From Armatimonadota bacterium (GTDB lineage: Bacteria > Armatimonadota > UBA5829 > DTLH01): 47,351 nucleotides of DNA. Of this stretch, positions 7,942 to 19,179 are shown piece by piece; within the stretch, counting starts at the first letter, position 1; each line of letters begins with the position of its first letter. Made by a program: the position numbers and the translations under genes. The stretch is taken from contig JBDKUN010000058.1 of NCBI GenBank assembly GCA_039679675.1, positions 1 through 47,351 on the forward strand, read 5' to 3'. Under the pieces are notes generated by a model. It did not search any database. It was given only the letters and a program-made list of their open reading frames with translations, and was not told the DNA's origin.

Positions 7942-8991
7942 CTATTCCAAAGGCAGCGTTACCGGCATACCGGTCTTCGATGATTTGTATATGGCAAGAA
8001 TGACTTCGACTGCCTTCCGAGCTTCTTCTCCAGTCACTAACGGGGCCCGGTCTTCACGGATTGCACTCGCCAAATCCTCGATCTGCAGGAGATGTCCTTC
8101 TATATCAACAGAGGTCGGAGACGACGCCGACGTTCCAGCCTTTATATCTACGCCGCCGCTCCCCTCGCCTACACATAATTCTACTCCGGGAACACTCCAT
8201 TCGACAATTTTTTCGCCTTCTATTCGGATCGTGCCTTTCTCACCATGAAATTCGACACGGTGGTCCAGGCCGGGGTTCACGGAAGTCGCACCTTCGAGCA
8301 CTCCGAATGCGCCGTTTGCAAACTTTATCGCTGCTACTGCAGTGTCCTCTACTTCTATATTCCGTACCAGATGCCCGGTGTATGCAAAGACAGTATCAAC
8401 AGGCCCCATAATCCAGCGCAGCATATCGATTATATGGACACCCTGGTTCATGAGCGCTCCGCCGCCGTCAAGATGCCATGTGCCCCGCCATTCTCCCGAA
8501 TCGTAATATTTCTGGCCTCTGAAATATTTGCAGTAGGCATCTCCGAGCACTATTCGCCCCAAACCACCGGACTCTATCGTTTTCTTTACAGCCCGCCAGA
8601 GACGAGAAGTCCTCCTCTGGAATATGACGCCCAGTTTCACATTAGCTTCCCTGCATGCGGCAATCATACGGTCGATGTTTTCAAGCGTAATATCCGCAGG
8701 TTTCTCTGAAAGAACATGCTTGCCTGCTTTTGCCGCCAAAACAGCCATATCGGCATGCATCCCGGACGGCGTGCATATACAAACAGCATCCACATTGGGG
8801 TCTCCGAGCATTTCACTATAATCCGTGTAGATTTTGATATGACCGTTTCCGCCAGCAAGCTTTTCAGCCTTTTCTCTGATGCAATCGCACACCGCAACCA
8901 GCGAAGCGCCTTCAGCACCGGCGATGCCATTAGCATGCCAGGGCGATATTGCGCCGCAACCGACTATTCCAAACCGTACATCCCTGTCCAA
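7942..8991 (-). CDS. Gfo/Idh/MocA family oxidoreductase
   Basis: GIVGCG Rossmann motif, AGKHVLSEKP, GGGALMNQGVH; probable TTG start at 8991 after GGAG. Confidence 0.92.
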   Translation of the reverse strand: MDRDVRFGIVGCGAISPWHANGIAGAEGASLVAVCDCIREKAEKLAGGNGHIKIYTDYSEMLGDPNVDAVCICTPSGMHADMAVLAAKAGKHVLSEKPADITLENIDRMIAACREANVKLGVIFQRRTSRLWRAVKKTIESGGLGRIVLGDAYCKYFRGQKYYDSGEWRGTWHLDGGGALMNQGVHIIDMLRWIMGPVDTVFAYTGHLVRNIEVEDTAVAAIKFANGAFGVLEGATSVNPGLDHRVEFHGEKGTIRIEGEKIVEWSVPGVELCVGEGSGGVDIKAGTSASSPTSVDIEGHLLQIEDLASAIREDRAPLVTGEEARKAVEVILAIYKSSKTGMPVTLPLE

Positions 8992-9156
8992 TTTATAAAC
9001 TCCAATCATTCCATTGATTTTCAGCTTCTATGCAACCGAAAATCTCCCCGTGAGTTTCGAATGTGATTCACCCATTAAGTGTATTACTATTAAAATGTTA
9101 CACGCTGAATTCGCGTTTCCTGCATTATTGTATAAAAACTGGTGAATGCACCTGGA

Positions 9157-10236
9157 TTACATAACGAATTCAACGGTTACAGACTCTCCGGCATATTCAC
9201 TGCTCAATTTTGCAGCAAGTGACTCCATTCCGGGCCGCTCAGTTTCGTAGTGCCCTGCATCTATTACAGCCAGGCCGAGCGCATCTGCATCCAAAAAATC
9301 GTGATGTCCGATGTCTCCTGTGATGTATACGTCTGCTCCTGCCATAGCTGCATCAGAAATGAGCCTTTTTCCGCCCCCGCCGCAAAGAGCAACGACTTCA
9401 ACAGGCTTGTCCGAGTTGCCGATCATCCTTATATGATGGGATTCCAGCGATTCCTCTACCACCTGTTGAAATTCCGAGAGTTTCATCGGCTTTCCCAGCC
9501 GCCCTACCCTTCCATAACCATAAGAATACGGCTCATTTTCCAGCGGATAGATATCGTAAGCCACTTCTTCATAAGGGTGCTTCTCGATCATCGCATCCAG
9601 GACCTGGCTGAGCCGCCACTCCGGTACAATCATCTCCAGCTTGTATTCAGCCGCTTCCTGCAGCCTGCCTATCTCGCCGGTATAAGGTTCAGCTCCCGGC
9701 TGCGGAATAAATGTCCCCATTCCATCCGAACGAAAGCTGCAGTGCGTGTAGTTCCCTATGACTCCTGCTCCTGCCTCAGCCATAGCATCCCGCAGCGCAT
9801 CAATCGCTTCCGGCGGAGTAAAAACAGCCAGTTTCAACTTCCGCTCGCGGTGTCTCGTTGTAAGAAGCCCCGTTACCCGCACTCCAAGCCGGTCTGCAAG
9901 AACGTCGTTTATTCCTCCCGGCGCGGAATCGTAATTGGTGTGCATAGCATATAGCGCAGTGTCAGCTTTGATCAACTTTATCACGCTATCTTTAACAGAT
10001 GTACCTGCAACAAGCGTCTCCAGCGGGTTGAATATGAGCGGGTGGTGGGATATCACAAGGTTTGCGCCTGAATCCACTGCATGATTGATAACAGCAGGCG
10101 TTGGATCGACCGCAACGATCACTTTAGCTATATCAGAAGTCATATTCCCCACCTGCAGGCCGATCTTATCTCCATCATCAGCCAGCCTGGGCGGAGCCAT
10201 TTTCTCCAATGTTCTAATAATGTCACTAAGCTGCAT
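9157..10236 (-). CDS. Nif3-like dinuclear metal center hexameric protein (YqfO type, with PII-like insert)
   Basis: HHPLIF, HTNYD, HPYEEVAYD, DAGHYETE. Confidence 0.93.
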   Translation of the reverse strand: MQLSDIIRTLEKMAPPRLADDGDKIGLQVGNMTSDIAKVIVAVDPTPAVINHAVDSGANLVISHHPLIFNPLETLVAGTSVKDSVIKLIKADTALYAMHTNYDSAPGGINDVLADRLGVRVTGLLTTRHRERKLKLAVFTPPEAIDALRDAMAEAGAGVIGNYTHCSFRSDGMGTFIPQPGAEPYTGEIGRLQEAAEYKLEMIVPEWRLSQVLDAMIEKHPYEEVAYDIYPLENEPYSYGYGRVGRLGKPMKLSEFQQVVEESLESHHIRMIGNSDKPVEVVALCGGGGKRLISDAAMAGADVYITGDIGHHDFLDADALGLAVIDAGHYETERPGMESLAAKLSSEYAGESVTVEFVM

Positions 10237-10591
10237 AATACCCTCTCCCCCGAAAATTGTTCTTTTATATAACTACTGATTCCTCCAAATATTTTGTTTT
10301 CTTGACATGGATGAGCTTCCATAGTAGCATTTACCTATGTTAAAAGCGCAAAACCAGTAAGTGGTTGCGAGCATTAATTCAGCAAATTATAAACTGAAGA
10401 TTATCCTCATTTATTGCAATAATTCTATATGGGCCTGTTCATGGATGAATAGACTGAACTTAAAGCCCCACGATATGAAGAAATGAAACTACGGATTAGT
10501 TTGCCGCAGGTTTATTCTTCTGACATCCATTAATATCTGACACAAAGGCTGATACAATGTTAATATACATAGACGATGGTAGCCACTGGCG

Positions 10592-11758
10592 ATGAAAGGG
10601 CGAATGATCCAGCTCGACATATTACGAGCCATAGCTGTCCTGATGGTAATCGGGGCCCACTTGAACAGGCCTGGCTACAGTTATCCGAAGCCGCTATTTT
10701 GCCCTAGCGGAGGATTTGTCGGTGTCTGGTATGAACTTGGGTGGGCAGGTGTTGACCTATTCTTCGTGCTCAGTGGTTTTCTGGTATCAGGTTTATTATT
10801 CCGGGAATACATCAAGCATGGTTGTGTTCGCCTTGGTAGATTTCTTTTGCGTCGTGGTTTCAAGATATACCCGGCATTCTATGTAATGTTATCCTTTAGC
10901 CTTCTTGTTAGCATCACATGTCATATTCTGTTTGGTTGGAAGCTACCTAGAGCGGCTAATTATCTATGCGAAGCGTTATTTATCCAGAATTACGGATCCT
11001 TTGTATGGAACCATACATGGTCATTAGCAGTTGAAGAGCATTTTTACCTTGCGGTTGGACTATGCATCTTTCTTTTAACTAAATTCTCAAAGAAAGCATC
11101 CAATCCTTTTATATATATACCTCGCATCTTTGCAATATTGGCCCCATCGGTACTCATTATTCGGAGTATTAATTCTTATGCTCATCCGTATTACTTATAT
11201 GATAACGTGGCTTTTAGGTACAATGGAGCTTATAGTCACCTTAGATGTGATTCGCTATTTTTCGGAGTCTTGCTTTCATATTTAATGAACTTTCACAAGG
11301 ATAAGACAACGTCTTTTGTAAAAAAATACAAATACTCGGTTTTGATATTGAGCTGTATTTTTGTTTCTCCATTGCTTTATGTGTCTCGTGCATCTAATTT
11401 CTACTATACGATAGGGTACACGCTTTTATACCTGGGCTTTGGTGGAATACTTTTAGTCGCATTACAATGGGAGATACGGTCCGACCTGGCATATAAGCTA
11501 TTGTTACCGTTCAGGTTGATAGGCTTTTATTCATACTCTATTTATTTATGGCACTGGCCATTTCTTAGATGGTGGTCATTCCTTCAAGGCTATATTCTCA
11601 GGCATCATTATCATAGCGATGCGCTCTATTTGCCTCACATATACGATTGGAGTGTCTATATAATCGGCAGTATAGTCATAGGCATTGGAATGGCTAAGAT
11701 AATTGAAGTACCGTTCTTACGGATTCGAGACCGCCTATTCCCTTCATTAAGTGGTTAG
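10592..11758 (+). CDS. Acyltransferase family 3 (OafA-like O-acyltransferase)
   Basis: LDILRAIAVLMV, GVDLFFVLSGFL, HTWSLAVEEHFY, SYSIYLWH; multiple TM helices. Confidence 0.93.
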   Translation: MKGRMIQLDILRAIAVLMVIGAHLNRPGYSYPKPLFCPSGGFVGVWYELGWAGVDLFFVLSGFLVSGLLFREYIKHGCVRLGRFLLRRGFKIYPAFYVMLSFSLLVSITCHILFGWKLPRAANYLCEALFIQNYGSFVWNHTWSLAVEEHFYLAVGLCIFLLTKFSKKASNPFIYIPRIFAILAPSVLIIRSINSYAHPYYLYDNVAFRYNGAYSHLRCDSLFFGVLLSYLMNFHKDKTTSFVKKYKYSVLILSCIFVSPLLYVSRASNFYYTIGYTLLYLGFGGILLVALQWEIRSDLAYKLLLPFRLIGFYSYSIYLWHWPFLRWWSFLQGYILRHHYHSDALYLPHIYDWSVYIIGSIVIGIGMAKIIEVPFLRIRDRLFPSLSG

Positions 11759-13577
11759 GCAGAATGCAATTCGCTTAAAATCAATTATGAAAATATACAG
11801 ATCGATAAGAGGCTTATTTCGACCAATATCAAATTGGGAGAAGCATACAGACCCTACTAAAATCGCCCACGCAAAATTTTCTGCAAGGCAGGTTTTGGAG
11901 AAGATATTACCAACGTTGATAACAATGGTAATATCTTTGGTGATAGCACATTTCTACTATCGGCCTCAAGATATTCCACCCATCGTTCTTGGCATTATAT
12001 ATGGCGGCGCAGCTATCCTAATGCTGATGCTGCTCTTACCGAGAACGATACCTGCCATTTTCACTATAGGAACTGCGGTTGCACTATCGTATGCAGTGAT
12101 GAACTTGTCGCCTGCAAAACTTGCAACTGCCTTTGGCGCAATTATTGTCTATACTGCGATCGCACGCAGGCTTGAAGTCGGCGTTATCTGTGTTTTGGTA
12201 GTCTGTGCCAGCATGTTCTATGAATCCGTCATTCCAAAACCTATAACTTTCGGCGGTATGGGTTTCAACGTTTCTGAAGGAATAATTGTTTTCATGCTGG
12301 CAATAACTATCTTTGAAGTCGGCAGCAGGCGTGAGCTTCCTAAGTTTGTGAGTCCCACTGGGGCATGGCTGCTACTATTTGTTGCGTCCGCTATAATGTC
12401 GATGATAGTTGCATACGCCAAGTATAAATCAAGTCCAGGAGGCACCTGGGACTTTGCCCAGTGTTATAACAGCATCCGCTTGATGTTCGTTTACATGCTG
12501 TTCTTTGTGATACAAGCGGGTGTGAAGAATCGGAAGCAGTTAAGGACTATCATTATAGCTGCACTTCTAGTAGCCACAGTAGTATCGATGTTAATGGCTG
12601 TGCAATATTTCCTCGGCACAAGAGTAAAGGTGTTCTTTGGAACACCTTATGGTGGCCCAAGGGTTGAGAATCTATCAGCAGAAGACCAAGGTGTAACCAG
12701 ATCCCTACCTCCTGGGTTAGCTATTATTGCCGTAGTCCTGCCCATAGCAGCATATCTGACAGCGTGCGCCAAAGATAAAAAAAAGCGAAGAATTCTAGGC
12801 TTCATTACCCTTTCACTTGTTATCGGACTGGTCTTTTCCTTTACACGAAGCCTTTGGAGTTCGATGTTCATAGGCTTGATGATAATGTGGTTTATATCAA
12901 ATAAAGGCACGAGGAAGGGTTTAATTCGTACAACTGTTATTATACCTATAATCGCCTTACTTGTGAGCCTTGCTGTCGGCACAATGGCACCTGGTGCCGG
13001 CGGCGTTAAGTTCAGGCAAGCCCTATCTGAGCGTTTCCTGTCTACATTCCAGAAGGACACGATTCAGAGTTCCTCCCTTCAAAACCGCTTCTATGAAAAC
13101 AGGGCTGCAATCAAAAGAATCAAAGAAAACCCGATATTCGGTATTGGGGCTGGCAATCCAATCCGATATGGCGTAGCCAAAACTATTACAAAAGAACAAG
13201 TGCTGGTGCCGGTAACTAATATGCACAACAGCTATCTGGAAATTTGGCTGATTCTGGGACTACCAGGAATAATAGCATTCGCCGGCTTATCGATTACATT
13301 TCTGATCAGGTGTTTTCTGCTATTCAAGACGGCTAAGGATCCATTTTTCAAAGCTATCGCTGCTGGTTCTCTCGCGGGTTATATAGGATTTTTGATAAGA
13401 TCGGCAGTGACAATGACAATTTTGCATGAATTATCCTCGATAATCTCAATAGTACTCTTAATGGGCGTTACCGAAGCTGCACGGCGGTTAAACAAAGAAA
13501 GTTTATCAAACCAACCTCTAAATGAACCAGGCAAACATGCCAGAATGGCTCAGCGATTGGAGGAATCAATCGTTTGA
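11751..13577 (+). CDS. O-antigen ligase / Wzy polymerase family membrane protein
   Basis: Many TM segments; SFTRS, PIFGIGAG and HNSYLEI (Wzy_C motifs); start could instead be ATG 11787. Confidence 0.85.
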   Translation: MVRQNAIRLKSIMKIYRSIRGLFRPISNWEKHTDPTKIAHAKFSARQVLEKILPTLITMVISLVIAHFYYRPQDIPPIVLGIIYGGAAILMLMLLLPRTIPAIFTIGTAVALSYAVMNLSPAKLATAFGAIIVYTAIARRLEVGVICVLVVCASMFYESVIPKPITFGGMGFNVSEGIIVFMLAITIFEVGSRRELPKFVSPTGAWLLLFVASAIMSMIVAYAKYKSSPGGTWDFAQCYNSIRLMFVYMLFFVIQAGVKNRKQLRTIIIAALLVATVVSMLMAVQYFLGTRVKVFFGTPYGGPRVENLSAEDQGVTRSLPPGLAIIAVVLPIAAYLTACAKDKKKRRILGFITLSLVIGLVFSFTRSLWSSMFIGLMIMWFISNKGTRKGLIRTTVIIPIIALLVSLAVGTMAPGAGGVKFRQALSERFLSTFQKDTIQSSSLQNRFYENRAAIKRIKENPIFGIGAGNPIRYGVAKTITKEQVLVPVTNMHNSYLEIWLILGLPGIIAFAGLSITFLIRCFLLFKTAKDPFFKAIAAGSLAGYIGFLIRSAVTMTILHELSSIISIVLLMGVTEAARRLNKESLSNQPLNEPGKHARMAQRLEESIV

Positions 13578-15025
13578 GCACTTCTAAAAGATTTGCAAAA
13601 AACTCTCTTGCTCTTACAATTGCAAGTCTTTCCATAACTTTTCTCGGTGCTATTTACCGTATATTTATCGCCAAGTATCTTGGTGATGTCGAGTTTGGAA
13701 AGTATAGCTTCATAACTACCTATGTCTCCTATTTTTCGGCTCTATCGCTCTTCGGGCTGAGGTATGTTATAACTCGCGAGGTAGCACGGTCCCCGGAGAA
13801 ATGTCCATCGATCCTACGAGAGTCAATCAAAATCAGAGGATTGACCACTTCACTTGCGTTTGGTTCAGCTTACGTCATTTTGCTTTTTCTAGGTAAGGGC
13901 ACCGATGTACAAGTAGGTGTATTCATATATGGTCTTTCTCTTTTTGCAGTCGCTGCGATGGATATTGTTGAGGGCTTGATTGTTGCGCGAGAGGCATCGT
14001 TCTACATTACAATCTCAGCACTTGTCAGCAATGCATTAAAGATATTTATAGGTATAACCGCACTTGCTCTCGGCTACGGACTTATGGCCATTCTGGTCAT
14101 CTACCTTGCGATAAGCATACTGAACACATCTCTCAGCTGGTGGTTTTGCCACATTGTATTTTCCGATGTAAGATCAACCAAATCCAGGCCGGATCCTCAT
14201 CTTCGGCAATTCCTGATCCACGAATCCATACCGTTTTTATTCCTCGCACTCCTCAGCAGAGTATATTATAAAAACGATATAATCTTACTTTCTATTTTCA
14301 AAACAGATAGGATAGTCGGCTGGTACAGCGCAGCATATTTGCCTGTAGACGCGCTTCTGGTCGTTGCAAGCAGTATCTCCCTTGCAGCGTATCCATTAAT
14401 GTCGAAACTTTTTGGCGAAGATAGCAATAATCTCAAAAATTTCAGTAATAGTCTATCGAAATACCTGCTGATGCTATTTATTCCGGTGGCCATTACTCTT
14501 ACCGCAGTCGGCCCTCAATTAATGAGACTCATATTCGGAAAAAGTTACGCCACAGCGATGCCGGTTCTGCAATTACTCGGGTGGATGCCGGTTGCTGAAG
14601 TTGTCACATGCGGAATGGGCAATGTGCTATCGGCCACATACAACCAGCAGATCACAGCAAGGGTAACGGTTTTGAACGCAGCCATAAACCTTGGAATCTG
14701 CCTATTGTTAATCCCTAAATACAGTTATTGGGGTGGCGCTATTGGGACAGTTGTATCGGCTTATATTACACTTGCTATCGTTACCTGGGTAGTTAACCGC
14801 CACATACTTAAGGTAGACTGGCTGTCAAACATCGTTAAGCCGCTGGTTTGTGCATTGTTTGCTTTAGCCGCGCTGCTGCTTGCCGCCAATTCTATTGGGC
14901 CATGGCTTTCTTGGCTCATAGGACTTGCCACATTTGCTATCGCAACTCTAGTGACCGGCACCTTCAGACGATATGATAGAGATCTGATTCTATCGATTTT
15001 CCGAAAGTCAAGAACATCTGAATAA
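13574..15025 (+). CDS. wzx: Wzx-type polysaccharide flippase
   Basis: AKYLGDVEFGKYS, VGWYSAAY, LLLIPKYSYWGGAIGT; many TM helices. Confidence 0.9.
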   Translation: MSTSKRFAKNSLALTIASLSITFLGAIYRIFIAKYLGDVEFGKYSFITTYVSYFSALSLFGLRYVITREVARSPEKCPSILRESIKIRGLTTSLAFGSAYVILLFLGKGTDVQVGVFIYGLSLFAVAAMDIVEGLIVAREASFYITISALVSNALKIFIGITALALGYGLMAILVIYLAISILNTSLSWWFCHIVFSDVRSTKSRPDPHLRQFLIHESIPFLFLALLSRVYYKNDIILLSIFKTDRIVGWYSAAYLPVDALLVVASSISLAAYPLMSKLFGEDSNNLKNFSNSLSKYLLMLFIPVAITLTAVGPQLMRLIFGKSYATAMPVLQLLGWMPVAEVVTCGMGNVLSATYNQQITARVTVLNAAINLGICLLLIPKYSYWGGAIGTVVSAYITLAIVTWVVNRHILKVDWLSNIVKPLVCALFALAALLLAANSIGPWLSWLIGLATFAIATLVTGTFRRYDRDLILSIFRKSRTSE

Positions 15026-15066
15026 GATGCATTTGAAGATTATTCACCATACATGGAACCTTTACA

Positions 15067-16035
15067 ATGGAACATAACCAAGACCTAGAAGATGAAGCAG
15101 TGATCGACCTATCTATCACAGTAGCCAGTTACAATACACTGGAGTATACAAAAGAGTGTATCAAATCGATTTATGAAAATACACGGCGAATCAACTTCGA
15201 GATAATCATCGTTGATAATAACTCGACTGATGGCAGTCCTGATATGATCAGGAAAGAATTTCCAGGTGTAACTCTTATTTGTAACGATAAGAACCTCGGA
15301 ATACCGAAAGCTACGAATCTCGGTATATCGATTAGCAAAGGCCGGTACTTTATCACAATAAACAGCGATGTGGTTATTGTTCCGGGGTCACTGGAAAGAC
15401 TCGTTGAGTTTATGGATACGCATCCTGATGCAGGAGCAGCAACAGCCCGGCTCATACTCCCCGATGGCGGCGAACATCCTCCGGTATGCGGAAATGCCCC
15501 AAGTTTGAGATCGGAATTACTTGAAGCGTATTCACCATTCAGCAGTAACATTGCAAAAAAGGCCGCTAATGCCCGTTTTAGCAACCAGATAGACTACTCC
15601 AAGACTCAGGATGTGCCCTGCATAACCTGGGGAACAGCATTTATTGTCCGGCGAGAAGTCCTGGAGAGCGTAGGCGGGCAGGATCCTCTGTTCTTTGTAT
15701 ATAGTGAGGATTCGGATTGGTCGATGCGTATCAAAAATGCCGGATGGAAATTGTATTATGTTGCAGATGCGCCGATCATCCATTACGGCGGACGAAGCAC
15801 CGGTCAAACCAAAGCTGATTCTCTGGCAAGGCTGTGGAAAAGCAAATGTCAGCTGATCCAGAAGCACTACGGCCTTATTGCTGGTCTTGTTTTGAGATCG
15901 AGTATGGCGTTTGTGTGCAGCATCAGAGCTGCTAAATGGTTATTACTGTATCCGCTTTCAAGCCGCCAACGTGAGGAGGCTTCTGTGCGGATCAAAGGTA
16001 TGTGGCGAATTATACGCGCTGTACTGTCGTATTAA
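15067..16035 (+). CDS. Glycosyltransferase family 2
   Basis: IIIVDNNSTDGS, NSD, YSEDSDW, IIHYGG. Confidence 0.92.
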   Translation: MEHNQDLEDEAVIDLSITVASYNTLEYTKECIKSIYENTRRINFEIIIVDNNSTDGSPDMIRKEFPGVTLICNDKNLGIPKATNLGISISKGRYFITINSDVVIVPGSLERLVEFMDTHPDAGAATARLILPDGGEHPPVCGNAPSLRSELLEAYSPFSSNIAKKAANARFSNQIDYSKTQDVPCITWGTAFIVRREVLESVGGQDPLFFVYSEDSDWSMRIKNAGWKLYYVADAPIIHYGGRSTGQTKADSLARLWKSKCQLIQKHYGLIAGLVLRSSMAFVCSIRAAKWLLLYPLSSRQREEASVRIKGMWRIIRAVLSY

Positions 16036-16048
16036 TGAGGTGTGTATA

Positions 16049-16630
16049 TTGAAACAACAAGTCATACAAGAGCTTAAAGAGAGCGCTAATGTCAAGCTTC
16101 AGCTTGCAGAAGAAAGTGCTGAAACGGTAGTCACAATATCAGACATGCTCGCAGATGCGCTTTCAGAAGGACATACCGTGCTCTTCTGCGGCAATGGCGG
16201 GAGCGCTGCAGACGCCCAGCATCTGGCCGCGGAGCTTCTTGGCAAGTTCAAAATGGAGCGAAAAGCCCTTCCTGCCATAGCTCTGACTGTAAATACATCC
16301 GCTCTGACTGCAATAGCAAATGATTATTCTTATGATAACGTGTTTGAGCGGCTGGTAGAGGCATATGGCAGAAAAGGAGATGTGCTCCTGGGCATATCTA
16401 CCAGCGGAAACTCGAAAAACGTTGCAAAAGCCATTGTAAAGGCACGGGAAATGGGGATACAGACAGTAGCATTTTGCGGTCTCACACCGGGAGCTATCGG
16501 TGAAAAAGCCGATATATGCCTTACAGTTCCATCCAAAGACACTCCAAGGATTCAGGAGGCCCATATCACTGCCGGACACATCATCTGCGGCTTGATCGAG
16601 CGTAAATTATTCGGAGATCTGAGACAATGA
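16049..16630 (+). CDS. gmhA: D-sedoheptulose 7-phosphate isomerase
   Basis: CGNGGSAADAQHLAAE, TAIANDY, ISTSGNS, RIQEAH; TTG start after GAGGTG. Confidence 0.95.
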   Translation: MKQQVIQELKESANVKLQLAEESAETVVTISDMLADALSEGHTVLFCGNGGSAADAQHLAAELLGKFKMERKALPAIALTVNTSALTAIANDYSYDNVFERLVEAYGRKGDVLLGISTSGNSKNVAKAIVKAREMGIQTVAFCGLTPGAIGEKADICLTVPSKDTPRIQEAHITAGHIICGLIERKLFGDLRQ

Positions 16631-16760
16631 CACTTAAAAGGCATCTCTGCTGCTAATATTCGCTAAATCATATAGATATTTATAGCTACATTACGATAAT
16701 ATATAATATAGACGAAGGACAGAGAAGCGTTGAGTGCATATTTGTGGAGGTAGCGCTTCC

Positions 16761-17975
16761 TTGATCGATATACTACTGCTTATTCCCCAGTTGCCATATC
16801 CGGTTATGGATGGGGATAGTATAAGGCAATACAACCTGATAAAACGGCTTTCGAACAATTGCAATATATCTCTGGTGTGCTACTGCAGCGAAAAGCAAAA
16901 AGAGACCGGCGTAGCCGAGATGAAAAAGTATTGCAAAGATGTCCGGGCAATCATTCTGGAGAAGCGTTCGAAACTGGATTGGCTTAAGCGGTTTTGTTCC
17001 AGCTACATGAGAGGAGCTTCCTCAAGCACCGCAGTTCATTATACTCCAGCTATGCGGAATGAAGCCATTTCGCTTCTCAAAGAGCACAAATTCGACATCG
17101 TCCAGATCGATCACACGTTTATGTCGGAATACATTGATGACATAAAAAAGTTGACCTCAGCGTCTACAATCCTGACTGTGCAGAACTTGGAATCAATCAA
17201 TATAAAGCGTATGGTCAAGAATGAAGCCTGGGGAACACTAAAGATCCGGCATATTATCGACACATTATTACTTCCCGGTTTTGAAAAGCGTGCAATAGAA
17301 AAATTCGATAAGTGTATCACTGTCTCTAGAACAAATGTCGAACTCATCAAACCAATCAAAGATGATGTCGTAATTGTAGAGAATGGCTTCGACACAGCTC
17401 CGGTTACTCCATTTCCAATCAATTATGAGTCATACAATCTGTTATTCATCGGTGGGATGGGCTACTTTCCCAACATCGACGGCTCGATATTTATGGTTCA
17501 GGATATTCTGCCGCTCATCAGGCAAAAGATGCCGGAAACGAAGCTTTATATAGTCGGCAGAAATCCTGTTTCTGAAGTGATGGCTCTTGAAGCTGCCGAT
17601 GGAGTCGAAATACATGCGGATGTACCGGACGTAAAGCCTTGGTATGAGAAAGCTGCTGTTACCGTCGTGCCTCTGCGCTCCGGCGGAGGAACGAGGCTTA
17701 AGATATTGGAATCAATGGCACTTGGAGTGCCGGTAGTATCTACCAGCATAGGCTGTGAAGGGCTTGATGTTACTGATATGGAAAACATATTGATTGCGGA
17801 CACACCGTCAGAGTTTGCGGAATGCGTATGCAGGCTCCTGCAAAATTCGGAGCTTAGGGCCAAATTGGCGAAAAATGCACGCTCGCTTGTTGAAAACCGG
17901 TACAGTTGGGATGCAATCGCGCCTAAGCTGATGGATGTTTATATGTCGCTTCTTGAGACAAATAAACCCTCTTAG
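16761..17975 (+). CDS. Glycosyltransferase family 4
   Basis: PLRSGGGTRLKILESMALGVPVVST; TTG start after GGAGG. Confidence 0.9.
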   Translation: MIDILLLIPQLPYPVMDGDSIRQYNLIKRLSNNCNISLVCYCSEKQKETGVAEMKKYCKDVRAIILEKRSKLDWLKRFCSSYMRGASSSTAVHYTPAMRNEAISLLKEHKFDIVQIDHTFMSEYIDDIKKLTSASTILTVQNLESINIKRMVKNEAWGTLKIRHIIDTLLLPGFEKRAIEKFDKCITVSRTNVELIKPIKDDVVIVENGFDTAPVTPFPINYESYNLLFIGGMGYFPNIDGSIFMVQDILPLIRQKMPETKLYIVGRNPVSEVMALEAADGVEIHADVPDVKPWYEKAAVTVVPLRSGGGTRLKILESMALGVPVVSTSIGCEGLDVTDMENILIADTPSEFAECVCRLLQNSELRAKLAKNARSLVENRYSWDAIAPKLMDVYMSLLETNKPS

Positions 17976-18012
17976 GGCTACTCTGCATATACTTTAGCGC
18001 TGCGGAATTAAT

Positions 18013-19179
18013 ATGAGAATTACTTTAGTCCAACCATATATCACAACAAAATCGATTCCAAAGGAATATTACAATATCCAGAGCTTTGGGCTTTCGGCTG
18101 AACTGATAAAGCGCGGCTTTGATGTTACCATACTCACAACAAACCTTATCAGGCCGGAAGTTCGGTCGTATAAAGACAGACTAAGGCGTTTCGAGGAAAA
18201 TATGAACGGGCTGAAGGTCGTCTATATTCCCACGCTTGCCACACCGGGAGCACTGCCTATATTCCCTACTCTCCCAATGGAGATTATCAAGAGCAAACCT
18301 GATATAGTTCAGGCAGCGGAAGACTCTCAACTTGCAACACTGTCTGCTGTGATGTGCTGCAAAGCTGCGCGTATACCTCTGGCTGTCTATCAGGGGATGT
18401 ACAGTTTCACATATAGTCATGTACACATTCGTAAGCTGTACAGCAGGACCGCCGGACAAGTTGTCTATAAGCTGGCAAACGCGTTTGTCTGCAAAAGCAA
18501 TGCTGCGAAAGAGTATGTTATTGCGCAAGGGGTGCGCCCGGAGCGAGCACATGTTGTCCCTGTAGGGTTCAAGAAAAGCAATTATAGCCGTCTGGATGAT
18601 GGATCCCTGCAGAAATATGTAAAGCATTCAGGCGGCAAGATACTGATTTCCGTTGGGAGGCTTAACTACGAAAAGGGATTCGATACGGCAATACTGGCGA
18701 TGAAAAACGTCGTGAAAAGATTCCCTGATACTTCCTATGTAATCTTCGGAGACGGGCCGGAGCATAATAAGCTCACAAGGCTTATCGAAGAGAACGGTCT
18801 TACGGATAATATTTTCATCGTTACCGAGAAGATATTGAACACAAAGATGAGTTTTATCTATAGTGGCGCATATCTGCATCTGATTCCGTCTACATATGAG
18901 ATATTCAACATGACAATGCTTGAGGCACTTGCATGCGGCACTCCAGTAATTGCCTGCAAAGTGGGCGGTATGAAGGATACCATAAAACATGGCGCCACAG
19001 GCTTTCTATTTACTCCTGACTCTGTGGATGAGCTGACTGATTATATATGTGAGCTATTGGAAGATGAAGAGAAGTGGAAAACGCTTAGCCGACAGGCTCA
19101 AACTGATATGGACAACTACGATTGGGCGGTGATAGCTGACCGATTTATGCACACCTATGAGAAAATGGTGTGCAAATGA
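18013..19179 (+). CDS. Glycosyltransferase family 4
   Basis: VGRLNYEKG, EIFNMTMLEALACGTPV. Confidence 0.9.
   Translation: MRITLVQPYITTKSIPKEYYNIQSFGLSAELIKRGFDVTILTTNLIRPEVRSYKDRLRRFEENMNGLKVVYIPTLATPGALPIFPTLPMEIIKSKPDIVQAAEDSQLATLSAVMCCKAARIPLAVYQGMYSFTYSHVHIRKLYSRTAGQVVYKLANAFVCKSNAAKEYVIAQGVRPERAHVVPVGFKKSNYSRLDDGSLQKYVKHSGGKILISVGRLNYEKGFDTAILAMKNVVKRFPDTSYVIFGDGPEHNKLTRLIEENGLTDNIFIVTEKILNTKMSFIYSGAYLHLIPSTYEIFNMTMLEALACGTPVIACKVGGMKDTIKHGATGFLFTPDSVDELTDYICELLEDEEKWKTLSRQAQTDMDNYDWAVIADRFMHTYEKMVCK

Noticed and set aside
16746..16757. GGAGGTAGCG as a possible ops/JUMPstart element
   Set aside because: Better explained as the SD of the GT4 starting at 16761; imperfect match and no RfaH-like gene in the window.
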